Shown here: positions 32,968-43,135 of the stretch, one piece after another
Position numbering within the stretch: position 1 is the stretch's first letter
Layout of the letters: the number at the start of each line of letters is the position of its first letter
DNA from: a virus
IMG/VR virus record: IMGVR_UViG_3300028569_002824
Location: 1-64,000 of that record
Direction: 5' to 3' (one strand)
Length of the DNA stretch: 64,000 nt
Translations under genes and position numbers: made by a program
Notes under the pieces: generated by a model
The model's database searches: none
The model's input: the letters and a program-made list of their open reading frames with translations, nothing else
What the model was told of the DNA's origin: nothing

Positions 32968-35520
32968 TTAATTATCTCCAAATAACTCGAATAAATCTGT
33001 TTGTGTGTCTTTTCCTATTACCGGAAGATGCCATCCAATAGCTTCATACAGTCTTTCTGTTGGCTGAGTAACTAATTTCGAAAACATCTTATCCCAGTCA
33101 ATTTTTATATTAAACTCGGAAGGTAACACTGAAACATATGAAATAGCATCCAAACCGTATTTATTCTTTGCACAATATAGCTTTTTAACCTTCTGGGACG
33201 ATTGGATCGCTTCAAATTTATCGTCTATTTTTAACTCTTTTATTAAAATGTTATAAGCAATTGCCCCTTTTACGTGTGAAGGAGTACCTTTCTTGTATTT
33301 GTATAGAGAGGACTCTTTTGCATATTTTTCTAAGTTGTTAATAGAGGTCCTTGCAGCAATGTCATTAGGATCAAGTTTACAAAATTCTTCGTAACTGTTC
33401 TTGTATATATCGTTGGTTTGCTTGATATTTTCAGTAAGGAGAGCGGTTTTAATAATGCTTTCCAAGAATTTTTTAACCCTTTTAGGAGTAGTTGACCTCA
33501 CCAATTCAATTCCAGTATATTTAAATTTGTCGACCGAAACACCCTCGTCATCTAATACATGGAGAATGTATCGTTTCTTCTGTAAAAAAATACCAACATC
33601 TGAAATGACTTCTCTTTTAAACACATATCTTGGATCTACGGAAAATAATTCCTTTCTGGCCCAATTTAATATTTCAACATTAACATACTCATCGAGCTTA
33701 TTAACTATAGTGTGAACTTCATCGTTAATTTTACCGTCTATTACTAAAGGGATTTTTAGTTTTTGTAATACTGAGTTTATTGACACATAGACTGAATCTG
33801 TATCACCGTATTTTGTAATTGTTTCTAAAATACCAAAATTATTTCTAACAAAATCATCTAATATGTTACCACCAGCTCTTGCAACGTTTTGACCAGTTGT
33901 GGTAATTGATGTCGCATTATCTATATCCATTAACGAAGAATGCTTATTTGCAAATGTTCCGTAAATAGAGTTAAGCAAAATTTTAAGGGTATATTGTAGC
34001 GTATCGTAATATGTAAGCTTTAACAAAGAATCTCTATCCTTTTTTCCTGTTTTTTTAAGCTTTGAAAGTTGCGTTTTAGTGTCAACCCGTTCTTTATATA
34101 TTTGATCGATAAGATTCGGAATTACACCCTTTTCTTTTTGTGAATATAATACTCCAGCAGACGAAATGGATACCTTTTCACTAGTTAAAAATTTCTTTAA
34201 CTTTTCTGTGGTTAGTTTGTGGGTCTTGTTATTTATTAAACGTAACGTGACTTCTGGAGTGACTCCAAATTCTCCCTCTACAATCTTGCCTATTTTAGTT
34301 TCAGGAGAAATGTTTAGGGTTATAATGGTATTTGGATACAAGGAATTCACGTCAAAACTAACTATAGCCTTTTGTATACCCTTTTCTGGATCTCTTACAA
34401 ATCCTCCTTCGTATGACTCTCTTTCCTGTTTATTCGGAAATGTCGGAATAATAAAACCTTGTTTTGATGCTTGGATGGATACTGCTCCAGTAACAATAGA
34501 GACCTTTCCAAGCGCTGCCTCAAAGTTAGTACAACCTTTATACGAAAGAACTCGTGCAATTTCCAAAAACTTTAACTTCTCTTCCAATTTAACCAACAAA
34601 TGTACGTCTTGGATGTTGTAATCTACAAACAAATTCCAATCTGTTTGAGCGAGCTCTCCTAAGCTGACTGCATTGTGAGCAATTTTACCTTCCCCTAATT
34701 CTAGTTCAGAAATATAATTTAGACTAAAGGACTCCTTTTCACCTGGAGAAAAAGTCTTATACAAGTCCATATAATCAATTAATGAAATTCCACTAATTGA
34801 CCACACAGTAACCTCTCTTCCCATGTCTGTGAATACTTTCCTTCCTCTCACAACGCCAACAGGAGAGAGTTGATTTACAAATTCCTCTCCAAATAACTTT
34901 ATAAATCTGTTAATAATATACGGAAAATCAAATCCGCTACTGTTCCAGCCAGAAGCGATGTCTGGGTAGTCAAATTTCCAAAAATCAACAAACTGTAAGA
35001 TTAATTCTCGCTCATCTTTACATCTATGATAAATGCAATTGGGCAATGTTGGATTATATTGCTTCTCCAGTCCCCAGGTATGAGTGGACTTAGTCAGTGT
35101 GTCATATACTGTAATTAAATTTATTGGAACCGCGGCTTTTTCTGGTACGGGAAACGCGGAGTCAAATGTTGTGTCAACTTCAATGTCCAACAAAAATATC
35201 TTGAGCGGAAATTTAGAAAAATCTGGATCATTATTAACATCCTTATACATCTCAATAAGAAACTGTTGCTCTGGTCCTAAATTGTGAAAAATCCTATTAA
35301 TAGACGAGTTGTCTACAAATTTTCTTCGCTCAATGCTGTTTTTAAATATTTTTTTAACAAGAGACGTTTTGAAGATGGAAAGTGCGTCTTTTGAACCTTC
35401 CTTTTCTACATAAATGTACGGACGAAAGGGAATTTCAGAATCTATTCGAGTTCCTTCTTGAGACCACGTGCGAAGAAAAACGGACTCGTTAAAGGGATTG
35501 TAGGTTGCTGATCTATACAT
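32968..35520 (-). CDS. Family B DNA polymerase (T4 gp43-like)
   Basis: DIEVD, WNS.GFDFPY, YNIQD, SFDVNSLYP, KILLNSIYG, YGDTDS, KKRY. Confidence 0.97.
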   Translation of the reverse strand: MYRSATYNPFNESVFLRTWSQEGTRIDSEIPFRPYIYVEKEGSKDALSIFKTSLVKKIFKNSIERRKFVDNSSINRIFHNLGPEQQFLIEMYKDVNNDPDFSKFPLKIFLLDIEVDTTFDSAFPVPEKAAVPINLITVYDTLTKSTHTWGLEKQYNPTLPNCIYHRCKDERELILQFVDFWKFDYPDIASGWNSSGFDFPYIINRFIKLFGEEFVNQLSPVGVVRGRKVFTDMGREVTVWSISGISLIDYMDLYKTFSPGEKESFSLNYISELELGEGKIAHNAVSLGELAQTDWNLFVDYNIQDVHLLVKLEEKLKFLEIARVLSYKGCTNFEAALGKVSIVTGAVSIQASKQGFIIPTFPNKQERESYEGGFVRDPEKGIQKAIVSFDVNSLYPNTIITLNISPETKIGKIVEGEFGVTPEVTLRLINNKTHKLTTEKLKKFLTSEKVSISSAGVLYSQKEKGVIPNLIDQIYKERVDTKTQLSKLKKTGKKDRDSLLKLTYYDTLQYTLKILLNSIYGTFANKHSSLMDIDNATSITTTGQNVARAGGNILDDFVRNNFGILETITKYGDTDSVYVSINSVLQKLKIPLVIDGKINDEVHTIVNKLDEYVNVEILNWARKELFSVDPRYVFKREVISDVGIFLQKKRYILHVLDDEGVSVDKFKYTGIELVRSTTPKRVKKFLESIIKTALLTENIKQTNDIYKNSYEEFCKLDPNDIAARTSINNLEKYAKESSLYKYKKGTPSHVKGAIAYNILIKELKIDDKFEAIQSSQKVKKLYCAKNKYGLDAISYVSVLPSEFNIKIDWDKMFSKLVTQPTERLYEAIGWHLPVIGKDTQTDLFELFGDN

Positions 35521-35553
35521 ACGTTTAGAATGTACACTAACAAAGCAAAGAGA

Positions 35554-36774
35554 TCAACGAATGAATTTTCGTTCAGTTGAACCGAATGGAGTAAAGTAAC
35601 TCTCATAAAATTTCATGAGATTTGTATCATCGTCTAACCAAAACTGTTCTGCGTGTTGTCTTGATTTTTTGCAAAAGTCTAAATATGTCGTTTGATTTTT
35701 GAGTGCGGTTTTAATGCAGTCAATAAATTCATTTGCAGTAGAGTATTTTAAGAACGCATCTTTATATGTAACCATGTCCGGACATACGCACGGAATGCCT
35801 AATGCACCAGACTCAATTAATTTGATGTTTGATTTGCATCGATTGAAAGTGTTGTCTTGAAGACAAGCAAATGTCAATTGAGCACCAGAATTTGCCATAG
35901 TATTAGGAAAGTTGGTAAGCTGAACCCAAGGAAAAAATTTCATTTCCTTTCTGTCTATATACGGTTTAAGTGCTTGTGGAAAAGATCCGTAAAAATGCCA
36001 CTCAAATTCAGTCTTGGTTTTAATTATATGAGAGGTAACTGATGAAAAATCATCTTGCTGGTTATTTCGGTTAGCTACATCAACATGGGTTCCTGAAGCA
36101 AAAATAGCAATTACAGGTTTCTTTTTGTTTTTTTCAAATTTTTTATTTAGATCTCCAAGATTATAGTATCGATCGAACCACCACTTCATTAGATAATTTG
36201 GAATAGCTGTCACGTTTTTATTTCCGGATTGACTAATCATATAATCCCTAAAATATTCAGAGGTTACTGTGATTTCATCCATAACAGATAGTATCTCTCT
36301 GATTGAACTTTGTATAACGGGATCTATAAACGCTTCTCTGTTTTTGTTATATAATGGAATATCCTCAGCAAACACCACATCGTCTACTTCATATATAAGC
36401 TTTAGTGGTCGCTTGGTTTTTAATTGATGTAAGAATTTAACAAAATCCCTCTGATACGGTGTTGCTTGCCTTTGGAATTTGACAGCTTCAACTGTTTGAT
36501 AAAAATTAGGATCTAATATCATAGCAGTAGATTCGGTTATGACTGCTTTGCTGTTCAAATTTAACAACAAATTTGGAGCAATACATCTATAATAACCACA
36601 ACCGCCATGATCTGCTAAATAATTCATTGCTCGTTTAAGTCCTGAACCAGGAATGCTCGGAGGTTGATGAGAACTAGGAACAACATACGAATGTCCTCCG
36701 ATTGGGGATCCTAATGGAATTCCAACAGGGGCTCCTATAACTTGCTTTATTCCATACTGGACAATTGAATTCAT
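35554..36774 (-). CDS. GT-B fold glycosyltransferase
   Basis: GCGYYRC, YEVDD, FNRCKSNIKLIESGALGIP; TAAATA 5 nt upstream. Confidence 0.75.
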   Translation of the reverse strand: MNSIVQYGIKQVIGAPVGIPLGSPIGGHSYVVPSSHQPPSIPGSGLKRAMNYLADHGGCGYYRCIAPNLLLNLNSKAVITESTAMILDPNFYQTVEAVKFQRQATPYQRDFVKFLHQLKTKRPLKLIYEVDDVVFAEDIPLYNKNREAFIDPVIQSSIREILSVMDEITVTSEYFRDYMISQSGNKNVTAIPNYLMKWWFDRYYNLGDLNKKFEKNKKKPVIAIFASGTHVDVANRNNQQDDFSSVTSHIIKTKTEFEWHFYGSFPQALKPYIDRKEMKFFPWVQLTNFPNTMANSGAQLTFACLQDNTFNRCKSNIKLIESGALGIPCVCPDMVTYKDAFLKYSTANEFIDCIKTALKNQTTYLDFCKKSRQHAEQFWLDDDTNLMKFYESYFTPFGSTERKFIR

Positions 36775-36782
36775 AAATATAT

Positions 36783-38609
36783 TTAAACTAATTTTTGTAA
36801 ATATCTATCCGGAGTATTTTTAGAAATAGATGATATTCCGTTTTGTTTTACTACGTGGATTGTGTGATTAGACTTAAATGTACCATGAAGTCCTCTGTGA
36901 GTAATAATATAACAAGACTCTTCACATTCTGTAAAGCGGTCTTGTAATATTTTCACCGTTAAATTTACACCTCTGTCGTCTAATGAAGAATCAAAAAGTT
37001 CGTCGTAAAAAATAGTGCTAAAATTAACATCTCCTTGTAATCTGCGAATGTCAGCAAATGCAAACAAACAAGCTAAATCTATCCTTTTTCTTTCTCCTCC
37101 CGAAAAATTAAAATACGACTTTTGAGATTTTTTTTCGTCTATTATTTCTTCCTCAAAAAATTCATTAAATTTACATAAACAGTTCGCTTCTAATTTTTTT
37201 AAATACAAAGCCAACCTATCATTTAAAATTGTTAGTATCTTTTTTACAATAAAAGATTTAATGCCTTCTTCGGATAGTACAAATTTAACTGATTCTAACA
37301 CATTTAACGTATTATTTAAAGCATTAACGTTTTTGTTTTTAGAATTAATTGTAATCAAAAGCTCATCAATTTTCTGTTTTAGTCCATCGTTTTGTTCTTG
37401 TTTAATTAAATCAATTTCTTTAAGGGTGTCGTTTAAATTTGATTGCAAATGTTCCAGTTTTGCTGAAACTAATTCATTAGCAGTTTTGAAGTTATTAATT
37501 ACGTTTAACTCATTTTGAGCATTTTCTTTATTTTGTTCTAAAACTCTTAAGCCTTGTTTGATGGAGATCAATTCTTTGCTTAATTTACTAATCGCTTGAT
37601 TGTATAAAAACAAATTACTATTAAGCTTTGAAAGAGATTCGTTAGCATGTGTAATATGTTCATCAGAGTATACTCTATTGCATGTGGGACAATTATCTTT
37701 ATTTTGATTTATTCGCTCTATTTGTCTGGTTAATGATTTTGATTCAGATTCTGCTTTAATTGATTTGGAAAGTGTTGCGGCCTTCTTTTCTTGTAATTCG
37801 TCAATATTTTTATTAAAAGTTAAAATCAACTGTTCTACTTCCGAAGAATCCTTTAAATTTTCATGTATTAATTTATTTGCGGATACAATTTCCTTAGAAA
37901 TGCATTCCCTCTTTTCATCTAATTTATTAATTCTGTCTTCTTTTATTCGTTCGTAGTTGTTTAATTGAGCGTTATTGAACGCTAACTCGGATTGCATTTG
38001 CTCTAATAATGAATATTCTATTTCGTATTCTTTTTTGCTGCTATTGTAATCATCTCTAGCTCTTAAAACCATAGCTGAAAAAACTTCCAACCCCAAAATA
38101 CTTTCGATAAATTTTCTCTTATCCACCTTAGATAAAGCCATGAATGGAAGAGTGGAGTTTGCAGCCATTATGACAGAATTTTGGAAAACGGTTGCTGACG
38201 TGTGGATTATTGATTGGATTAATTCATTAGTCTTTGCTAAAGTCGATCTAGTAATCTCTTCGTTGTTTTTAAAAATCTGACATTTCGTCGGATTTAGCTT
38301 TCTTGTTATAGTGTATAAGTCAATTACTCCGTTTGAGGATATACTAAAGTCAAGAGATACCTCCATCTTTTTTTGGGTTACACTGTTTTGAATGTTGTCT
38401 TTTGATATTTCTCTCAGCGTAGATCCATATAAACAATAATATAGTAGTTCAGTAATGCTGGATTTGCCAGCACCATTCTTAGAGTCTTCTTTATCGAGAT
38501 TAGTTCCGATTATTGTATTAACCCCTGAACACAAATCCACACAGACAGGAACATCTCCAAATGATAAAAAATTTTGACCCTGAAGTCTTTTGAAAGTAAT
38601 AAATCGCAT
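36783..38609 (-). CDS. Recombination ATPase subunit (T4 gp46/SbcC-like)
   Basis: NFLSFG, NGAGKS, CPTC zinc hook, FSGGE, DELFD. Confidence 0.95.
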   Translation of the reverse strand: MRFITFKRLQGQNFLSFGDVPVCVDLCSGVNTIIGTNLDKEDSKNGAGKSSITELLYYCLYGSTLREISKDNIQNSVTQKKMEVSLDFSISSNGVIDLYTITRKLNPTKCQIFKNNEEITRSTLAKTNELIQSIIHTSATVFQNSVIMAANSTLPFMALSKVDKRKFIESILGLEVFSAMVLRARDDYNSSKKEYEIEYSLLEQMQSELAFNNAQLNNYERIKEDRINKLDEKRECISKEIVSANKLIHENLKDSSEVEQLILTFNKNIDELQEKKAATLSKSIKAESESKSLTRQIERINQNKDNCPTCNRVYSDEHITHANESLSKLNSNLFLYNQAISKLSKELISIKQGLRVLEQNKENAQNELNVINNFKTANELVSAKLEHLQSNLNDTLKEIDLIKQEQNDGLKQKIDELLITINSKNKNVNALNNTLNVLESVKFVLSEEGIKSFIVKKILTILNDRLALYLKKLEANCLCKFNEFFEEEIIDEKKSQKSYFNFSGGERKRIDLACLFAFADIRRLQGDVNFSTIFYDELFDSSLDDRGVNLTVKILQDRFTECEESCYIITHRGLHGTFKSNHTIHVVKQNGISSISKNTPDRYLQKLV

Positions 38610-38641
38610 CAGTTAGTACAGTACTACGTTGAAAATGTTTG

Positions 38642-39985
38642 TCAAGCAATTGACAAAATACCTATTCCACAATTGTTGTTATATGGATGTTTGTACTCAG
38701 CTTCAATTTTGTGGAGTTTGCTTACTTCATTCCAACATTGTGCAACTCCTGTATTTGTATTGCTGATATCGTGAAAGATTAAATAACCAGGCTTGTTAAC
38801 AAATCTTAAGCTGTTTTTATAATCTTTCATAACTCCATCATAAGAATGATCCGCGTCAATAAAAATACAATCGTACGTTAAGGTATTTTGATCAAAAAAA
38901 TCATCTGTAGTACTGTTAAAAAAATTAAATTCCTTTTCTGGAAAAAATTGTTTGAGACGATTTACTTTGTTTAATATTTTAACATCAGTTTGCTTTATGT
39001 GGGAGAAGTCTTTATATGTCAGACAATCAACACAGTGTATTATTGAAGCAGATTGCTGCATAAAAATAGAATTTACGAAAAAACTTCCCCCATTAGCAAC
39101 ACCAAGTTCCAAATATGTTTTGATATCTGTATTTTTAAAAAAAGTTAAAAGATTACAATATTCTTCTGGAATTTGTTGGACTTCAAGATTGCCAACAAAA
39201 TTTGCATCAAAATAATTTGCGTCCGACACTCCAACTTCATTTCTTAAAAATTCAACCAATCTTTTTTTAGGCATTTGTATTAAACAACTTTTATAAAACT
39301 CAAAAGCAAGTTCTTTTAGTTTTTGTCTATTAAAAGATGTAAGATTTTTACCGTGAAAGCCAAAGCAATCGGTATTAACGTCAACATTTAAATCTTCGCA
39401 ATACTCCTCTTGAGCAAAATATTTTGCTATCTCTAGTGGTGCAATTTTTACTCCTGCATTTTCAAGTAACTCTCTCGAGGCTACGCATATTACCACATCT
39501 TCATTTGAATAAAGTGGAAGGTTTGGCGTTAAGTTTAGCAGTTTTTTACTTCTTAACGAGAATCCGCCATTGCCTACTCTATACTTTTCAGGCTTATTAA
39601 AATTAAACCATCGATTAGATGGCCACGGTGCACCCACGTAATCGTAGTTTAAAAACCTATCACTCCACTTGTTATGATTAGATATAAATCCATCTGCTTG
39701 TATGATGAGACAGAAGTCAGTCTTAATGTATTTGTTTAAATTATTAAGAATAAACGTATTGTATTCGTGTATATTTGAAATTTTAGAGATTTGTTGAAAT
39801 GAAATTTCATTTGGACAATTGAATGGTCGCTCATTGCTTAATAATAACACATCACTAAACCTAATGTGTTTGGATGATATTTTAAGAGCTTCTGTAGCCA
39901 TTTCAGGATTAATACAATCTATTGATACAAGTGTAATTTGAGGAAGTTGTTTATCTTTTTTCATGTGTTTTAAATTATTGGGCAT
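38642..39985 (-). CDS. Fusion of a DUF5672-like GT-A domain and a class I SAM methyltransferase
   Basis: IIQADG, YDYVGAPW, VGNGGFSLRS, NED, FGFH; then LELGVANGGS, FIDADHSY, FHD. Confidence 0.8.
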   Translation of the reverse strand: MPNNLKHMKKDKQLPQITLVSIDCINPEMATEALKISSKHIRFSDVLLLSNERPFNCPNEISFQQISKISNIHEYNTFILNNLNKYIKTDFCLIIQADGFISNHNKWSDRFLNYDYVGAPWPSNRWFNFNKPEKYRVGNGGFSLRSKKLLNLTPNLPLYSNEDVVICVASRELLENAGVKIAPLEIAKYFAQEEYCEDLNVDVNTDCFGFHGKNLTSFNRQKLKELAFEFYKSCLIQMPKKRLVEFLRNEVGVSDANYFDANFVGNLEVQQIPEEYCNLLTFFKNTDIKTYLELGVANGGSFFVNSIFMQQSASIIHCVDCLTYKDFSHIKQTDVKILNKVNRLKQFFPEKEFNFFNSTTDDFFDQNTLTYDCIFIDADHSYDGVMKDYKNSLRFVNKPGYLIFHDISNTNTGVAQCWNEVSKLHKIEAEYKHPYNNNCGIGILSIA

Positions 39986-40817
39986 TATTAAGCCGTGACT
40001 TTAAACAGCCGTTTCGTAGTTGTTTAATATATTGTATTGTGATTGCTTCAACTTCACTTACTTTTAAAAAACTTCCCTTGTCAGCTCTGGTCCAAAAGGT
40101 ACTATTGCAGAGCTCACTCCAGAGACTCTCAAATTCAGGATAATATTTCAATTGATTACAATTAAACACAGAATATGGATTCGAGCCGTCCATAGTCCAC
40201 TGTCGTTCATGCATCACATGAAAGATATAGTTATTATTACTCAAATATATATTTTTTGAATTCATTAACATCAACAACGTATATAGCACATCAAATCCAG
40301 GCTGTCCTATCAACATGTCGTGAAATAAATCTTTATGTAAAATCCACCATTTTTTGCTGACAACCCAACAATCAAATCCCGCAGGTTCGTTTCTCACAAC
40401 TGTAGCTTGTTCGTAAATAGATGTAATAGGTAAAATTTCAGTTCTTGTAATTCCGAATGCTTCAACGTCAGTATTATTTATGAGATCTATTAACTTTTGA
40501 CTAACTATAATATCACTATTACAAAACACAAAAATATCTTCAGCTAAATCACACGCATGATTTAACAAATCGTTAACAAACGAAAGGTTTTTGTCTCCCT
40601 TAACAACGCAATTAGAATTTCTTTTTATTAAATTGAAAACCGGAATGTCAATATTCGCATTTACATCTACGGGCATGATAAAGCCTATTTTGACGTTGTC
40701 GTTTTTTCGTTCAATATGTTTAAACGCATCTACACACAGCTCAACTCGCTTATTAGCTCCGACATGAGTGTATCGATCATCTGATGAACACAGAAAAATT
40801 TGTTTGTTATGTGTCAT
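39975..40817 (-). CDS. Putative GT-A glycosyltransferase
   Basis: VFCNSDI, GFDCW, IGQPGFD, HVMH. Confidence 0.6.
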   Translation of the reverse strand: MTHNKQIFLCSSDDRYTHVGANKRVELCVDAFKHIERKNDNVKIGFIMPVDVNANIDIPVFNLIKRNSNCVVKGDKNLSFVNDLLNHACDLAEDIFVFCNSDIIVSQKLIDLINNTDVEAFGITRTEILPITSIYEQATVVRNEPAGFDCWVVSKKWWILHKDLFHDMLIGQPGFDVLYTLLMLMNSKNIYLSNNNYIFHVMHERQWTMDGSNPYSVFNCNQLKYYPEFESLWSELCNSTFWTRADKGSFLKVSEVEAITIQYIKQLRNGCLKSRLNNAQ

Positions 40818-41550
40818 ATTTTAGATATAATTCATCTTTAATTGAAGGAAACACCTTATACTGATGAATGATATTGTTGTCTATAGATGTTTTGATTTGT
40901 TGTGCCATATTATTTACATTGCAAGAATCAAGAAAGCACTTCGCGCTGTCAAAATACACCAGTTTATTCACGATTGCTTGCTCTACTATGGGGTAGTTTA
41001 TTTTGCCTAAAATCACAGACATTTCCTTTACCATTAATTGCATAAATTCTAACAATTCAGAGTAATTTGACAAATATATACCAGCATTTACAACAATTTT
41101 ATCTAACATCGAATTTAATACAACTGGTCCATAACATATGTTAATCCAAGTTGAATTACAATCACAGTGTCTAAAGTTTTTATCTTCTAAAAATAATGTA
41201 AATTGACCAGTAAACAAGTCAAATGGATTACATTTAAAATAAATATCACTTATATCACACAACAATATAGTATGATTTTGCAATACGTCTTTATTTTTCC
41301 TTAAAAACAAATAAGAATAAATGACTTTATTATTATATGGAGAGGTGTTGAAAGTAACTTTATATTCTGAACAATCAATACAATTAACGTTTTGACTACG
41401 TAAAAAGGTCAATAATTTTTCGTCTACACTTTTATATAAAACGGTAATTAGATCATTATAATGTTCTCTTAAACTCTTAAACGTAACTTTAATTCCGCTT
41501 AAGTCGTAATTGGTCCCCTCTATATAGCAAATACAATTAGTATTTTTCAT
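40807..41550 (-). CDS. Putative GT-A glycosyltransferase
   Basis: LLCDISDIYFKCNPF, VNAG, EQAIVN, HQY. Confidence 0.65.
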   Translation of the reverse strand: MKNTNCICYIEGTNYDLSGIKVTFKSLREHYNDLITVLYKSVDEKLLTFLRSQNVNCIDCSEYKVTFNTSPYNNKVIYSYLFLRKNKDVLQNHTILLCDISDIYFKCNPFDLFTGQFTLFLEDKNFRHCDCNSTWINICYGPVVLNSMLDKIVVNAGIYLSNYSELLEFMQLMVKEMSVILGKINYPIVEQAIVNKLVYFDSAKCFLDSCNVNNMAQQIKTSIDNNIIHQYKVFPSIKDELYLKYDT

Positions 41551-42332
41551 CCGTTTTTTATTGCCTTTAATGTTTGTGTAACAAAATCCTTACTTACATC
41601 GGGGATTTGGTTTGTGAACTTTCCCCATTTTTTAATAAAATATGCAGCTGAATTATTCACATTCTGGTTATACTGATCTTTATTTGTAATAGTAGAAAGA
41701 GCAGAACTTGTTGGAATGCTTTCTAAATAATCAATGCTATTATGAATGTCTGGAAAATACCAAAATGGAGGCATTACATTTTTGCTAATTAAATTGTATG
41801 CAACGTCAATGTGTTCGAATGCATTCTGATATTGTTCGTCAAACACACAATCTTCTTCGTCAATAAGATTTAAATTAAAATACATCAACCCTCCTTGAGG
41901 ATTATGATACAAATCTACTCCTAGTGTCGTTGAATACATGCACGTCAATTTAAGATTGGTTTGATACTTTTTTGTTATTTCAACAGGACCAAAACATAAA
42001 TGAGGGATATTAGATATGTCAGAAACATCTATGTATTGTTGAAACACATCAGGGTTTTTAACGAACACGTCATCTTCAAACAAAAAGAGATCTGTACATC
42101 TGTGTTCGATTAGACATCGAATCGCACGGTTTTTTGTTTTTGATACTCCCAATTGTGAGTCGTTAAATATTACAGTGTCTGCATCAGACGTCAACGCATA
42201 CCGATTAACACCATCATTTACTACTACTGAGTGGTATGAAGTATTCTTAGGCAAGGATTCAATTACCTTTCGGTAAAATTCTGGTCTGTTATACGTAATA
42301 ACTCCTATTCCAATTTTACGAGAATTTACCAT
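41547..42332 (-). CDS. GT2-family glycosyltransferase
   Basis: GVITYNR, VVNDG, KN, FEDD, FEHID. Confidence 0.8.
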   Translation of the reverse strand: MVNSRKIGIGVITYNRPEFYRKVIESLPKNTSYHSVVVNDGVNRYALTSDADTVIFNDSQLGVSKTKNRAIRCLIEHRCTDLFLFEDDVFVKNPDVFQQYIDVSDISNIPHLCFGPVEITKKYQTNLKLTCMYSTTLGVDLYHNPQGGLMYFNLNLIDEEDCVFDEQYQNAFEHIDVAYNLISKNVMPPFWYFPDIHNSIDYLESIPTSSALSTITNKDQYNQNVNNSAAYFIKKWGKFTNQIPDVSKDFVTQTLKAIKNG

Positions 42333-43135
42333 GTTGTTTGTTGTTTTAAATATTTAATTACTTCTTGTTCTGTTGCTTCAGGAACAGCAAAAATATCTTG
42401 TCCATGCAACGCTTTGAATGTGTTTCTGGCATCATTAAAGCGCTCTTGAAACGTATTAACATCTCTTACTGTTGAATCCGTGGTGAAATCACTTAAATTG
42501 TGTAACATATTCCAACTTCCGTAAATATCAGCAAACCACCAAAACGGAGTAGTGAACCCATGCTTAGCCGCCCTATAAGTTAACTCGAGATGGTCACCGT
42601 GTCCTTTATTAAATAAATGGTGATGCAATCCTATTGTTTGTAATGCGCTTCTTGTGTAAAACGTAAACGCTCCTAAAATATTTTTAGTTAACACAATTTT
42701 AATATTGTCTTTATATTCAACAATTTTTCTATAAATTGGCTTCAAATCTGAGTTTAAATTTTCTCTTTGTGAAAATCCAAAATTGAAATGTTGAATGCCA
42801 GTTGCAAGTGATGTGTTTATATAGTGTTCAAATATGTTTGAGTCGGTTATCATTACATCATCTTCTAAAGTGAAAATATAATCACAACCTAAATCCAGCA
42901 AACAAGTCATTAATGTGTTTTTGCTAGCTCCTACGTGCATATTATCCACGTTTTGGATAATATTTACATCTCTATAATCGTTGGTTAATTTTAATCCATC
43001 ATTAACAACAACTAACTCGTCAATACAAGAAAGAGTGGGCAAAACAGAATTAATACATTTTTCAAAAAAATGTTCTCTGTTACACGTTACAATTCCAACG
43101 CCGATCTTTTTTCGTTTAGATATAATATTACTCAT
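42326..43135 (-). CDS. GT2-family glycosyltransferase (paralog of the adjacent gene)
   Basis: GIVTCNR, VVNDG, LEDD, PFWWFADI (versus PFWYFPDI). Confidence 0.8.
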   Translation of the reverse strand: MSNIISKRKKIGVGIVTCNREHFFEKCINSVLPTLSCIDELVVVNDGLKLTNDYRDVNIIQNVDNMHVGASKNTLMTCLLDLGCDYIFTLEDDVMITDSNIFEHYINTSLATGIQHFNFGFSQRENLNSDLKPIYRKIVEYKDNIKIVLTKNILGAFTFYTRSALQTIGLHHHLFNKGHGDHLELTYRAAKHGFTTPFWWFADIYGSWNMLHNLSDFTTDSTVRDVNTFQERFNDARNTFKALHGQDIFAVPEATEQEVIKYLKQQTTW

